From assembly GCA_951406725.2 (NCBI GenBank), contig OX597831.1, positions 62,062,001 to 62,126,000 on the forward strand: a stretch of DNA of 64,000 nucleotides, in the 5' to 3' direction. The translations under genes and the position numbers were made by a program. Of the stretch, positions 12,511 to 25,696 are shown in pieces (within the stretch, counting starts at the first letter, position 1; each line of letters begins with the position of its first letter). The DNA is from Octopus vulgaris. Taxonomy: Eukaryota. The notes below the pieces were generated by a model. That model saw nothing but the letters and a program-made list of their open reading frames with translations. It was not told the origin of the DNA and did no database searches.

Positions 12511-13789
12511 TAAATCAAGATACTTTCTTCCATAACCTTGCTACTAAATCGGTGGCCAGTTAGAATTTACTCTAAATTTAAAAAAGAGAAAGAGAAGATA
12601 TACATACATACATATCTGCATACATACGTACCTATAATGTATGTGTGTATGCGTGCATTGTTATGCTGTATGCCATATGATTATGTGTGTAATTGTGTAT
12701 GGTTAAATTTAGCAACATTTTTGTTTCATGTACGAAGCCCATAAGTACAGACTTTCCTCGCCCGCAAAACGGGAGCTAACGACGCCTACAAATAAATTTG
12801 AATTTTATTAGCAATACGAAAGTACTTGTTATAAAGAAGTACTCCGTTACAAAATCTAGTCTCTATTTCTAAAGCGTGTTAAATATACCGTCTCACCAAA
12901 AAGAAACAGTTCTCATTTGTTTAAATTCATGCAAAATACAGAGAATACAATGAAACTAAAACATTATTATTTATTATTAAAACATTATTTGTGATTCTCC
13001 GTGTGCATAGTTTCCCCATGTGTCCTGCAGTTCTTTTTCTGATGTTATGTGAAATGACAAGAGCAGTCAAATGGAAAGGTAAATACCGTTATTATTTCAT
13101 TTTATAACCCGAAATATTGAAATAAATTCCCAATAGATTTCCTTTGCATTTCATATTTCTAGAGTATTCATTGATAGAAATGATTAAAACAAGTACGAAA
13201 CATGCTCAGCACTATAAATTTTGATTAGGCAAATTTCATTCTTGGAGCAATTAGATATATTGATCACTGGCTTTCTAAACTTGAGTCTCGCGTTTGTTTT
13301 TTGTATGATTGGCTATATTTTCCCGCGTCTAAATTAGATTTTAAAGTTAGTCAGACGGGAATGAAATGGCGTTTGTTTGTCATTTTTTAGTAGATCGAAT
13401 GATACACATTATGTACGGATACTTGCTCGTTTTACTTGCTCATAAGACATTGTAGAATTGAATTCATGTTATCCTAGAAGTGACATTAATCAAGTAGTCT
13501 CGTAATTTTTACATCAAAAAATAGTTATACTCACTTACAATACAATAAAATTTGTATCATATTATAAAAGATAAATGAGGTTTTCGAGTTCCTTATATAA
13601 ACTGAAAGCAAGAAAGGGAGATTATAATTAGACAATCACAAATAGTAATGAGAAATATCAAAATAACACTTAGATTGTACATCTACTTTCTAAATAGCAA
13701 AGCTCTGCATGCGAATGGATGTCTACGTAAAACCAGTTTTGTAAATAATAATATTCCATTGATGCCGTTTTATATTGTCTAAGATGAAC

Positions 13790-13990
13790 TAAAGGCACAA
13801 GGCCTGAACACAAGGCCTGAAATTTGGGGGTAGTGGGTAGGTGATTATATCGATTCCAGTATTTTATCGACGTTCGAAAGGACGAAAGGCACAGTTGACC
13901 TCGGCGAAATTTGTACTAAGAACGTGAAGACGGTCGAAATATCACAAAAATTTTTCCCCTCTGTGCTAACGATTCTGCCAGCTCACCGAA
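13790..13990 (-). mobile_element. SINE family B, diverged
   Basis: gaaaggacgaaaggcacagttgacctcggcgaaattt...gctaacgattctgccagctcacc. Confidence 0.8.
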
Positions 13991-14267
13991 TTTGAAATCA
14001 CATATAATAATATGTGAATTTTGGCACACACACACAAACATACACACACACACATACACACACACACATGCATGTACCTATACTTATACAGTGTAGCAGT
14101 TTAGATCTTAATTGTAAAAGAATATGAAACCATTATTCTATGCTAGTTTAGTTAATTTCGTCAAGCTCCCTTTTCAGTTTGTAAGACAGAAATTTAAGTG
14201 TAATAAAATGTTTTAAAAGAAAATTAAATTGCCTACGAGATAACTGTATACATACTTTTGGGCCACA

Positions 14268-14327
<60 letters not shown>

Positions 14328-14413
14328 ATGAATATAGTACTTAATTTAGATGCACCAGAATTTTGTATGGTGTTGCTTATTTTGATTATATATATATATA
14401 TATATATATATAT

Positions 14414-14618
14414 TTAATCCAAACATGAAAACACCAAGAGAAAACACAACAACGCGAGGACGTGGAACAAATATAGTATTACTGGACGCTCAAGAAGGAA
14501 GGGAAGGAGGGTTTTATGTTTCGAGCTGAGCTCTTCGTCAGAAACATAGGAAAAGGAAAGATCCAGAGAAGGGAAAACGGAGGAAAAAAATCGCCAACGA
14601 TACACACGCGGTCACATT
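14414..14618 (-). mobile_element. Penelope-LTR/retrozyme-like element with minimal hammerhead, embedded in (TA)n
   Basis: Minus strand gttt-CTGACGA-a-gagc tca gctc-GAAA-cata-aaac (14545-14511). Confidence 0.75.
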
Positions 14619-14630
14619 TATATATATATA

Positions 14631-14682
<52 letters not shown>

Positions 14683-14960
14683 ACACACACACACACACAT
14701 ATATATATAAGGTTAGTTGAGGTTTATGTTAAAATAACCGCCTAAAGGATAAAAGTATCCAAAATGCTACCGGTATATTCCCTATATTAAACCATGGGCA
14801 AACATGTTATGCTCATAAATTATAGGTAACGACAAGGATAAACAGGAGTTTATCAGGAATCAAAATTTAAAGAAAGCAGAAAATGGAAATAATATTGATG
14901 AGCAACAATTGATTTGCAACACTTGCAAATCAGTTGTTGTTCATCAATGTTATCTCATAA

Positions 14961-15249
14961 GTATGTATGTATGTATGTATGTATGTATGTATGTATGTAT
15001 ATATGTTTTTATGTATGTTTGTATGTATATTTGCATGTATGTATGTATGCATGTATATCTATATAGCTATCTATTTATCTATCTATATGTATGTATGTGT
15101 ATGTATGCATGTATGCATACCTATCTATTTATCTATCTATATGTATGTATGCATATATGTATGTATGTATGTATGTTTGTATGTATGTATGTATGTATGT
15201 TTGTATGTATGTATGTATGTATATCTATCTATCTATCTATTTATCTATC

Positions 15250-15281
<32 letters not shown>

Positions 15282-15330
15282 TGTATGTATGTATGTATGT
15301 ATGTATGTATGTATGTATGTATGTATGTAT
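14961..15330. repeat. (TATG)n/(TATC)n compound microsatellite
   Basis: Direct inspection. Confidence 0.95.
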
Positions 15331-16477
15331 ATCTATCGAACTGTATGTGTGTATGTGCGTTAGGATATATTCACGATAAAATCGAGGATCGGAAAAAATT
15401 ATGCTTACGCAGGTGAAGTACAAAATTTCACTTAATTCTGTAGTACGGTGTTTAAATTAATGACATTTTTTCCCCGTTAGTAAATTGTTATAACGAAACC
15501 CATTATAGCAAGTTCATCATTCTCGCACTTGTTTTCAATTTTGACGTTAAATTCAATAAGTATAATTCTAAGAAATAAATAGTCTGCACTCAAATTAGTT
15601 TGGTGCCTTCATCTGACAAGTGTGCTGTGTATGCATGTATGTATGCATCTATGAAGGTATATATTAATGAATGGATGCGTGTATGTCTGTGAAGTATTTG
15701 CGTGCGTGTGCCTGTGTCAGTGTGACTATAATAAGTTAAGTTCTTTTTAAAAATCAACTATTGAAAGTTCCTTGTAACCCTAACATTTAAATCTCATTAA
15801 CTCCTTGAAACAATTAATGAAATATTTGTGAAAATTAAGAATATCAGCTTCATCAAGATTGTTACTTGTTTCCATTCGACTTTCGATTATTGCTTTTGAG
15901 AAGTAAAATAACTTCCAACTTTTGGAAAGCAAAAAAAATTAGTATAAAATTTTCCTTAACATTCTGGATCTAAAAGTAGAAATATGTTTTTGTTAGCTTT
16001 ATACTATGAATAGTAAACAGTGTTGGTAGTTTTGAAAATATAGTGTTTCTCAAAAGATTTGTCTTCGGCTATGGAGCAGTATTTAACAACTATCGATGAA
16101 GTGAAACGATTTATGGAGTTCTTCATAGCAATGATGCCTAACCATTAGACAATATGTCAGGCCTTGCGGCAAAAATGTCCAACAAGTTCACTAAAGTATG
16201 TTTTATGGAATGGAATAAATCTAATGTGTTATATGAATCAATTTAATGGGCTGCAGAATTTCCTTAATAGCCATTTGTCTCGGGTCAATAAATACTGCGA
16301 CAGAGAATTGACCTCGATCAGGAAGCACGCAATGAAGCTATGTCAGAAATCTTTGATTTTATCGTACCTAGAGAAGAGGTCGAAATAAATCATAAATGAG
16401 CGTGATTGTTTTAACTACATACCTACCTACATACATACATACATATATACACACATGTGTGTATCTAAATAAGTAAG

Positions 16478-16522
<45 letters not shown>

Positions 16523-17386
16523 ATACATATGTATGTATGTAGGTATAGATAAATAGATATGTGTCTGTCAGTGTGTAGACCAATTTAATTTATCAATACA
16601 TTTATTATTTATATTTTTGTAAAATATAAACATTTCTTTAAATAGCTTAATATTTTGGAAAATATAAATATCCCTTTTTGAGTTGTACTATGAAAATATA
16701 TTCCCAATAAGATTGTTATTCAATCAAGCGTTTCCATTCATATAATCCATTTTTTTTTTATTCTTACGTTTAATGTTGCCGTTGGAAGTCGCAAATTGGT
16801 AGCCGTGCTAGAGTGACAAGGAAAATTACTTTGAATTGGAGAATGCAGTTCAATACCGAAGTGGTTCATATAGCTTCTCCGGTTTCGGTGCCAATAAACA
16901 GTATAGCTCTCTAGTACCGGTTCGCAACTTTCCCCCTACTTTCTCCCCTTCATTAATACTCTTTCGATCATACCAGTAATTTTAAGATCCAGTGTTCAAA
17001 TTATGCCATAGTGATAAGAGCTAAGAATTTTGATAAAAATATACAACCATGCGATTAAAAAACAGCTGATTAAAAGAATCACTCATAGTTGACTCCTCCA
17101 GGGAATTTATCACCGGTAGCAGTTGTTGTTAAAGTAATTAAAACAGAGTACCTCCGTTTTTCAGCGTATTGTGAGACCACTTGTGCTAATTTGTGTCAAA
17201 TTTGGCTCTCATTTCTCCATTCGGTTAAATGCCAACTTGCTTGAACTGAAAACTATACAATTGTTTCACCCAGCTACCATGCTATGTATTTTTCTTCGGA
17301 ATAAATTAAAGTAATGCATTACTTGTTATAGAGTGGAATAATTGAAACGTTAAGGTCTATTAATACGTTTAATATTTTATAACGTC

Positions 17387-17590
17387 AAGGCGGCGAGCTG
17401 GCAGAAACGTTAGGACGCCGGGCGAAATGCTTAGCAGTATTTCGTCTGTCTTACGTTCCGAGTTCAAATTCCGCCGAAGTCGACTTTGCCTTTCATCCTT
17501 TCAGGGGTCGATAAATCAAGTACTGGTTGCGTACTGGAATCGATCTAATCGACTGGCCCCATTCCCCCAAAATTTCGGGCCTTGTACCAA
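17387..17590 (+). mobile_element. SINE family B, short-tail form
   Basis: aaggcggcgagctggcagaaacgttag...gcctttcatcctttcaggggtcgataaa...aaatttcgggccttgt. Confidence 0.9.
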
Positions 17591-18059
17591 GTATTTTATG
17601 ACCTCAGTCTAGCATTTGGTATTGCAGTCTACATTTGAGTTAATTGATGACTATTACATTATATGTTATATTGCTATTGATGTTTCATATTAGTTTCCAA
17701 CTGGATTTACACCAAATTATTTGCATTAACATGTGATATTCCTTCACGTCCAGGAATTTAGTTAATCCTATATAACACATGTGAGGATTTTTATGTGAAA
17801 GACATCTATGAAATAACTGATTCAAATCGTACCAAGGGGCTAATTTTCTCTCTCTCTCCCTCTCTCCCTCTCTCTCTCTCTCTCTCTCTGTATATTTACT
17901 TATATGTTATATATGCACTATGATAAATGCAAGCAAACAGAAACATCGAAGTTATTGTCAGCATTTTACTTGTAAAAGTTAATACGTAAACACATATTCA
18001 TGCAAACATATATTTATAGCTGTGCATATACATCTGCTAGCATTGGAACATACTCTCAC

Positions 18060-19720
18060 AACTATAAAGATAGATACTGAAATTGAAACCGACATTTCCT
18101 TCAAACCAACGAACTCAAAACAATATTTTTTATCCTCCTCTTGCCACCCAAAACTTACTAAAATAAATATACCGTTCAACTTTGCAAGAAGAATTTGCAC
18201 GATTGCATCAAATCCCGAAACCCGACAAAAGCAACTCCAAGAACTTAAAAACACATTACTGCATTGAAAATACCCATTCATTCTAATAAAAAATGGAATA
18301 GAACAGGCAAAAATGATAGATATCCAAGAGTTACGGAAAACAAGAAAACACCATGACACACTTAAAATTCTATCTTACGTATCAACACACAATCCAAGAA
18401 ACCTGGAAGCAAACAACATCATCCACCAAAACAAACATACCCATCCTTATGAAGGACCTGCGAATAAAAAAGGCGCTGGAAACACACAGGATTATTAAAA
18501 GCAAGAGACAACCGCTATCCCTAAAAAAATTATTCACCAGCGCCAAATTACCCACAAAAAATACAACCCCACAAGTCAAAAAGTGCAGCCGCCCTAACTG
18601 CAGAACTTCATCTCCCTCTTAGAGGGCTCAACATACAAATTTAAGTCAGGTCAAACTTTTACCATAAAATATGACTTCACCTGCGCTTCGTAGAAATTAA
18701 TGTTCTCAAATGTGGAGGTTGTGGAGAGGACTACATTGGTTAAACTAGCTTAACTTTGAGGGATCGACTCACGGTGCTCAGGCAACAAATCTAGGACCCT
18801 ACGCTAGGAAAATTCCCGTAAGCAAGAACCGAGAGCAATGGCCTGTAGATATAAATGCTAAATACCAAATCTTCCCTCTCTATCAATGCCCTGGAAACAC
18901 TTCAACCTAATTCTGTTTAAATAAGGAAAACATACTGATTAAGAAATATAAACCACAGCTGAATATCCTTTAGAAAGAAGGAAAGAGCAGTCAAAAGAAA
19001 AAAAAGACTCAATTTGAACACAAAAAACAACCAGGTGCAACAAAAAGTTTTTTAAAGCGTTAGTAACAATCTTTCACCCGGGTTTCGAAATCGCAACTCC
19101 AAATCACCATACAAACACCAGTTGCTGACGTCACCTAACTCCAGAGAAATCAAAAACGAACTTCAGCAAATACAACGAAACGACTTATGACCGTCTACAC
19201 AAGGAAACCAACTAAGCAGAACGACAAGCTTGACCACTGCAAAAAAGAAAAAGTCTCCAATCAAAAATCAAATCTGCTCGCAGAAAAAAATATATATACA
19301 TCTGATCCCAAAACCAGAAAGAGGATCAGAGAAACTGTAAACAAATTCCTTATTCTACTATTTTCATTTCACCCTTGTTTTTGCAGTATGGCTTGTCGAC
19401 CACCGCTAAAATTAACCAACTTAGTACATGCAAACCAATTGATATACAGTTTTAATATTATTGACTGCTATGAACATTCAAACTTACATTATCTTCCTAA
19501 TTTATAATGCTAAATTTATCTATTTTGAACATGTTAATTTGTCAACATCGAAACTTTTAAAAATGTTTTTCTAATTCATAATTTTAAAATTTTACCATTG
19601 ATAAACAAACATGTTTTTCTAATTCATAACTTTAAACTTTTACCATTGATAAACAAAGATATTGTTGAAACTAGTTTGGTATATATGTAAATAAAAGTAT
19701 TTTAAACATTTACGAGTTTT
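18060..19720 (+). mobile_element. Decayed Penelope-like element (RT C-terminus, GIY-YIG endonuclease, 3' region)
   Basis: TDISFKPTNSKQY...SSCHP...NIPFNFARRIC; KCSRPNC; FTCAS...CGGCGEDYIG.T..TLRDR (GIY-YIG region); stop ~18972; decayed hammerhead at 19642-19680. Confidence 0.85.
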
Positions 19721-19754
19721 TGAAATTTAGGTACATTTTCAACAACACATTTTC

Positions 19755-19810
<56 letters not shown>

Positions 19811-19814
<4 letters not shown>

Positions 19815-20176
19815 ACAACAACTCATGTAAACAAGCTTTTATTTGGATTTAGAAGCGTCGAATGTGTATCATATTGTACAGACAAGAAAGTTAATCTTTC
19901 AGATGCAGTAAAGCCGCAAAAACAGCAGGAAGATCGGATATTGTTACAGTTGCAAGACGGAAAAAGTTGCTGACAGCCACGGGACTCCAGCCCGCACCCC
20001 ACGGATATCCGCTGAGTACTCTATTTTTAAGTTAAATTGCCCACTCACAACAATCTCCTCCAAATTAAGCGCTAAATACATAGCTTTTTAGAATGCAACA
20101 GCAACGTACTTCAACAAACTTTTTTTCGTTTTTAGAAACGTCGAACGTGCATAGTATTAAATACACAAAAACGTAA
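19811..20176 (-). repeat. Repeat with tRNA-like box, left member of an inverted pair
   Basis: Reverse complement of 21070-21400 (ccact(c/g)acaacaatctcc...aagcgctaaat...gaatgcaacagca). Confidence 0.7.
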
Positions 20177-20178
20177 TA

Positions 20179-21044
20179 CGATGTTTGATCAATAAGTATC
20201 CGGACTGCTAGAAGAGTATCGAAGCTATGGCACGCAGAGTGAACCTCCTCGGCACAGACTAACATTGGGCTCCGCTGTGCATGTGCACTAAGTTTTCACG
20301 TTCTAGCCCAATTCTGCCGCTTACAACAGTACTTGGAATAAACGTGTGTAGCGTGTGATCTTCGCATTGACCATAACAGAGAAAGTTGTCATAACGATAA
20401 CTACTCAGGGGCCTAAGTAAAGTTGCAGAAAGTGTATGAAGGGGTGAGTGTGAGCAGCACACAAGTGCACGAGGGTTTCAGACATTTCCAAGATAGAAGA
20501 AAAAATGTCGATTCTGACGAAAGTTCTCAGAGACCCGCAACCAGCAGAACTGAGAAAAATATTACAGATGTACGTGCAGCTCTAAAGAGAAATTGTCGAA
20601 TCACCATCCGTGAGTTATCAGAGGATGTGCAGACTAGTTACCGTTCAGTGCAGTCCATTATTACAAAAGATTTGGCATTAAGACGCGTGTCTGCCAACTT
20701 TGAGCCAAAACTACTTTCAGCTGACCAAAAAGACACTCGGGTTTCCGCTGCACAACATCTCCTTGATTGTGTCGAGAAAGATGAAACTTTTTTGAAAACT
20801 CTGCGTGCGTCTATGAACAGGTATCGCCAAGCTTTTGGCAAAATTTGATGCAGATTCTCTACTCAACTTTCACTATTATAGTGAATGTGACGAACACACT
20901 CTACACACGTAGTGAGCTAGAACGTTAAAGCTTAGTGCGCATGCACAACAAAGTTCAAGGTGAATCTGTGACAAGCGGCTTCACTCAGCGTGTTGTAGCG
21001 TTGTTTCTATGGCAATTTTCCGGATACTTATTGATTAGACCACG
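20179..21044 (+). mobile_element. Internally deleted mariner transposon
   Basis: TIRs cgatgtttgatcaataagtatccgga / tccggatacttattgattagaccacg with TA TSDs; ORF 20423-20848 has mariner HTH and RVSANFEPKLLS (WVPRLL-like); catalytic domain absent. Confidence 0.9.
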
Positions 21045-21069
21045 TATTTCCTCGTTTGATAAGGGTAAG

Positions 21070-21410
21070 GATACCCAAATTTTCTGTTGTTTTCATAGCT
21101 ACACTGTGTTCGAAATATTACACGTTTGTCTATACAATACTATGCATATAAGGTTTGTTTACATACGGTGCTGTTGCATTCCTAAAAGTTATGAATTTAG
21201 CGCTTGATTTGGCGGAGATTGTTGTCAGTGGTGGTTTAGCATAATGATCACTACTCAGCCGGTACCCAAGGGCTGGAGATTCGAGTCCCGTGGCTGTCTG
21301 TTGACAACTTTTTCCGGAGTATAAAGGTAATAATACCCGGTCTTTCTGCTGTTTTCATGGTTATATTGCGTCCGAAATATTACCTTCTTGACAGTATTAT
21401 ATGTATATAT
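21070..21410 (+). repeat. Repeat with tRNA-like box (gattcgagtccc), ~260-bp unit, right member of an inverted pair
   Basis: Segment tttctg.tgttttcat...cgaaatatta recurs at ~21080 and ~21342. Confidence 0.65.
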
Positions 21411-24329
21411 TTACATGAATCAGAAAAGTTGAAAGTCATAGATCATGTTGAACTTGCTTGGTTTGAAAATTTTCGTTTATTATAAAAACAGCTATATTTA
21501 TTAAATAAAATCAACTGCTACACCACATAAGATATCAGAATAATGCTAAGTGTATCGAAAACGCCGATATAAGTTGCGATCATGATAGCAAATACTCAAT
21601 TGGAATAACACAAATATATATGATAGCACACATGAAATAAGAACTAACCTAAGAATGAGAGTAGCTCAAAAGCATCTGGATGTGTTTACAGGTGGAAAAA
21701 AAATTAGCAGGAAAGATTTGAGAAACAGAGATTTTCAGATATATCCAAGTGAAACTACGAAAAAAAAAAAGGAAACTAAAAGTGGACAAATATGAAAGAA
21801 TAATACAAAAAATTCTGGAAGAAAATTAAAGGGATAAGAAATAGTAAATATCTTAATACACGTCGCGTGTGGGTGAGACTCAAAATCAATAATAAACAAT
21901 CAGCGTAGAACAAGAAAAAAAATCATAATATCGAACAACTTAAATTGCGACTTTAGGAGAAAACATTTCAGAGCTTTTAGAAATAAGAACAGAATGCTTT
22001 CGAACACATGCTCACATAATTATCAAGTTGCTGATATTCGGATATAGTCGATATTAAATATAAAGGCCATTTCATGCACCTTCCTCAATCTCACCATTTC
22101 ATGCACCTTCCTCTTCCAAACAATTTTATGCGCCTTTCTCGGCAAGGTACTGAGATCATAACGTGGAATTAATTGGTAATTTAGCATACTTTTAAAAACA
22201 CATTGATGCATTTAATTGCAGTAAAAAACAAACAAACATGTAATGAAAGGTGTCTTTTATATAATATATAACGTTTAACGAGGTCTGTAATTTTAAAACG
22301 AGTTATAGCTTATGTACAATAAACGAAATATACATAGTAGTTCGGATCATTGAAGGAGACTTTAGCTTTAATAATGATTTCGGTGTTTATCGAAAGCAGA
22401 ATGTAGAATTTTCGGCGGTTAACTTAAACATTTTAATCGTAAATTTGGATCACTTGGCCGGTCTATGATCCGATGTTTTCCCCTTGACAAGCTAGGTTGT
22501 TGCTAAGCAAAAATAGATTCCATTGTTGGGAACAATAAACGGCCAAATATTTCAGGGCTGTTACTTAAGCCATATATAAAGGTGAAACTAGGAAACTGCT
22601 TGGCCTTTTCTGTTTCAGTAATGATGACCTATTCAAATTTCTCGGTTGAAACAAAAAAAATTGTGCCTTGAATGCTGAGTGGTATCGTGTTTTTATGGAT
22701 GAGCTAATATGTAAGGCCTAAAGCAGGTCAAATTGGTTGAACACTAATTTAACTGATTTCTAAGGCTCACTGAGAAATTTCAGAGCATTTTGATGATTTC
22801 CAAACACCAACATTAACCAGATTCATATATAATAAAAATTCAAGAACGAGTTCATATCAATAACCCTCAATTGTAAAACTAAGTCCATGATGTATGGTCC
22901 TTGCATTGAACAAAATATAAATTTCCATGGAGGAAAACACTTCTTTCATTAATTATAACCAAAAGAAGAAGAGCTTTCAGTGTATCTGAACTCGAATATT
23001 GGATAGTGAATAAGAAATTCATTCTGCATTAGGTTAGTGATATACTGTTCTATTGAATAAATGTGGTATTTATATGATATTTTGACATATTAATATAGAA
23101 ATCTAACCACAAATTAAATCTGTCATTTCTATGTAAATGTTCATGTGCGGCGTATATAATTATATCCGAGCACACTGGGAACGAAATGCGATGAAATTAC
23201 CCATCATATTGATGCATGATATATTTATTGCCCAGAGGACATGTAACGCATGCTAGCGGTTCAAACACACGACAAATCATGTTCACATTCACTTAGCCAT
23301 GTTACTTTCATGCATATCAGTTGTGGCATTTATATGAAAGTGATGAAAGAAGTGCACTGGATAGAACTCAAGAGGGAATACACTTCATATTACATCCTTT
23401 TACACTCGGTTATTTTAATGAAAATACGAGAAAGCTATAACGTTCCCATATTCCATACAATTATGTATTCTGTGAAAAAAAAAAATAAAACAGTGTGACC
23501 GTGAAACTGGAAAGGAGTGGATAATTTTATTCCGAGACTTTATTAAATGAACATAAAGATTCAGAAAAAAAATGTCTTTTAAATCTGTCATCACAGTTAT
23601 AATGTTCAGCGAATTATTGTTGGTACAGTGTACAACACCTATAAACGAACTCCTGTACAAAGAACCTTGTTCGTATTTGATGATGGATTGTAGGGATTCA
23701 TGACAGAAATATAATTAATTCAACCGTCCTTGAAGATGAAGCATCGGTAACTCCATTTTGTATTTGTGTGCTTTGAACTCTATTGGATGTTTGAGGAGCA
23801 AATAATTGCTGTAAAAATAAATTGGGAGATGCGGACACCTCTCTGTCAGTATAAGTAATAAACTGTTATGGCCTTGGTTTTCACTCTTTAAACTTTTCTT
23901 CCATAAAGATATCAAAGAAAATTGTTCTATTGACTTTCAACAAAATCTTGACAAGTATTTCAGCAATTACTTTCTTAAGCTGGAAATGTCCCTTATGACA
24001 TATAGTTGCGGAAGAACATACCTTCAGACTACAATGGACATTTTCTTCAGAAAGTAAAACCAACTTGTGTGCCTTCTAATGCTGTAAGAGGCACTGCAGC
24101 AAATTTATTATGTAAGAATCAAACAATGCATACATGTTTAGCTGTAACATTTACGAAACAGGAAACAGCTAACAGCCTCACGGATATGCTGTCTGAGGAT
24201 TCTCAAAATTACAATAAATGCAAATACACACACACACACACCAGATACTTAAATAAAGGTCATATAAAAGGCAAAATAAACATCGAAGATGCTTTTCCAC
24301 ATGCAGAAACTACATACTACAGAAGCTGT

Positions 24330-24960
24330 TCTGTTGTATTGCAAGCTATTCTGAAACCATCGCAGTGTCAGGAACCCTGCCGTATCATGAATAGGTATCT
24401 CAGGGTTACCAACGTTTTACTACTTATCTTGTACACTTCACCTGAGTTGGGCTGTGAGGAACAAATTAGACTTCGCTTGCGGAAGGATTCCACTTGCAGC
24501 TCCTTGTAAATCACAACCGTCTTGAGCTGGTTTTATCTATTATGCCCATATGTTTGGTGCCTTTTTTCAGACGTTTCGGTTCCAAAATAAATTTCTGCAG
24601 GTAATTGTGCACCATGCTTTGCTGGAAGGCAGCCACCATCAGCTGAGAACGAGGCATTTTTCCATGCGATGACGCGGGCCTTATCAACCAAGTGTTAATG
24701 TTTGTTTTCTTTAGTTGGCGTGAGATGTTGAGTTTGTTCTTCCAGGGCACTCTGCGTTCAGACACGATGATTGAATGATTGTTTTTTAACTCTTGGAGTT
24801 CAGGAACGAGTCCAGTTGACGTTATTCTACCAATAATTACTCTGGGAAGATAAGTCGACTCTTTAGTTTCACTTGCATTTCCCAGTCTCATGGTGAATGC
24901 AGACTAGAAATGATGTGACCTATTGTTGCCTTCGTCTTAACCTGGTCGCCTTCCCCTATT
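24330..24960 (-). mobile_element. Unclassified GC-richer insertion in the Helitron relic, probably a retroelement 5' fragment
   Basis: Composition shift interrupting the helicase motifs; ORF 24511-24891 has no diagnostic motif. Confidence 0.3.
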
Positions 24961-25384
24961 AATCTGTTTCCCGTGGGTGGTGATGGCTGCTGTTTGTTAG
25001 CATTAAGCTTTGTGCAGGTCTATAGATTTGGCAATTTCTGCAAGGAAACTGCAAGGAAATACCCTGAACTGAAGAACAGGGTATTTTCAGGCTTAAGTAA
25101 TAATAATAATTCCCATAAATGGTTGTACGAAAAGGCAATTCTTGCTCCGAAAATGACACAGTAGCAAGGATTAGCCATGAATTAATTAAGGAATAAGGTT
25201 CCAACAGCCATTAAGGAGTACAAATCAGCTGATTCAATCCTTGAAGAAAATCAAGCTTTCTATTACCGAACAGAGTTCCTTAATTCTCTTGAGCCACATG
25301 AAATTACTCCACATAAAATTTTTCTGAAGGTAGGAGTCCTAATAATGCTACTAAGAAATTTAGATCTTCCTAAATTATGCAAAT

Positions 25385-25696
25385 GTGGAGACGCAATGGC
25401 CTAGTGGTTAGGGCAGCGGACCCGTGGTCGGAGGATCGTGGTTTCGATTCCCAGACCGGGCGTTGTTGTGTGTGTTTATTGAGCGAAAACACCTAAAAGC
25501 TCCACGAGACTCCAGCAGGGGTGGTGGCGACCCCTGTTGTACTCTTTCACCCCAACTTTCTCTCACTCTCTCTTCCTGTTTCTTGAGTAACACTGCAATG
25601 GACTGGCGTCCCGTCCAGCTGGGGGAGAACACATTCGCCGCAGAAACCAGGAAACCAGGCCCATGAGCCTGGCTAGGTTTGAAAATGGCAAAAAAT
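25385..25696 (+). mobile_element. SINE family C (tRNA head, V-domain-like 3' half)
   Basis: A box tggcctagtgg, B box gtttcgattcc; atggactggcgtcccgtccag...agaaaccaggaaacc; TSD aattatgca(a/g)at; splits the helicase at LC/GTRL. Confidence 0.85.

Noticed and set aside
21600-21990. Possible further RLE-LINE tail
   Set aside because: Too decayed to support a motif-based call
24006-24509. 167-aa ORF as a host gene
   Set aside because: Chance read-through from decayed Helitron helicase sequence into an inserted block
25385-25460. tRNA genes (also 5860, 31960-32028, 63327)
   Set aside because: A/B boxes present but no complete acceptor stem or terminator; they continue into SINE bodies
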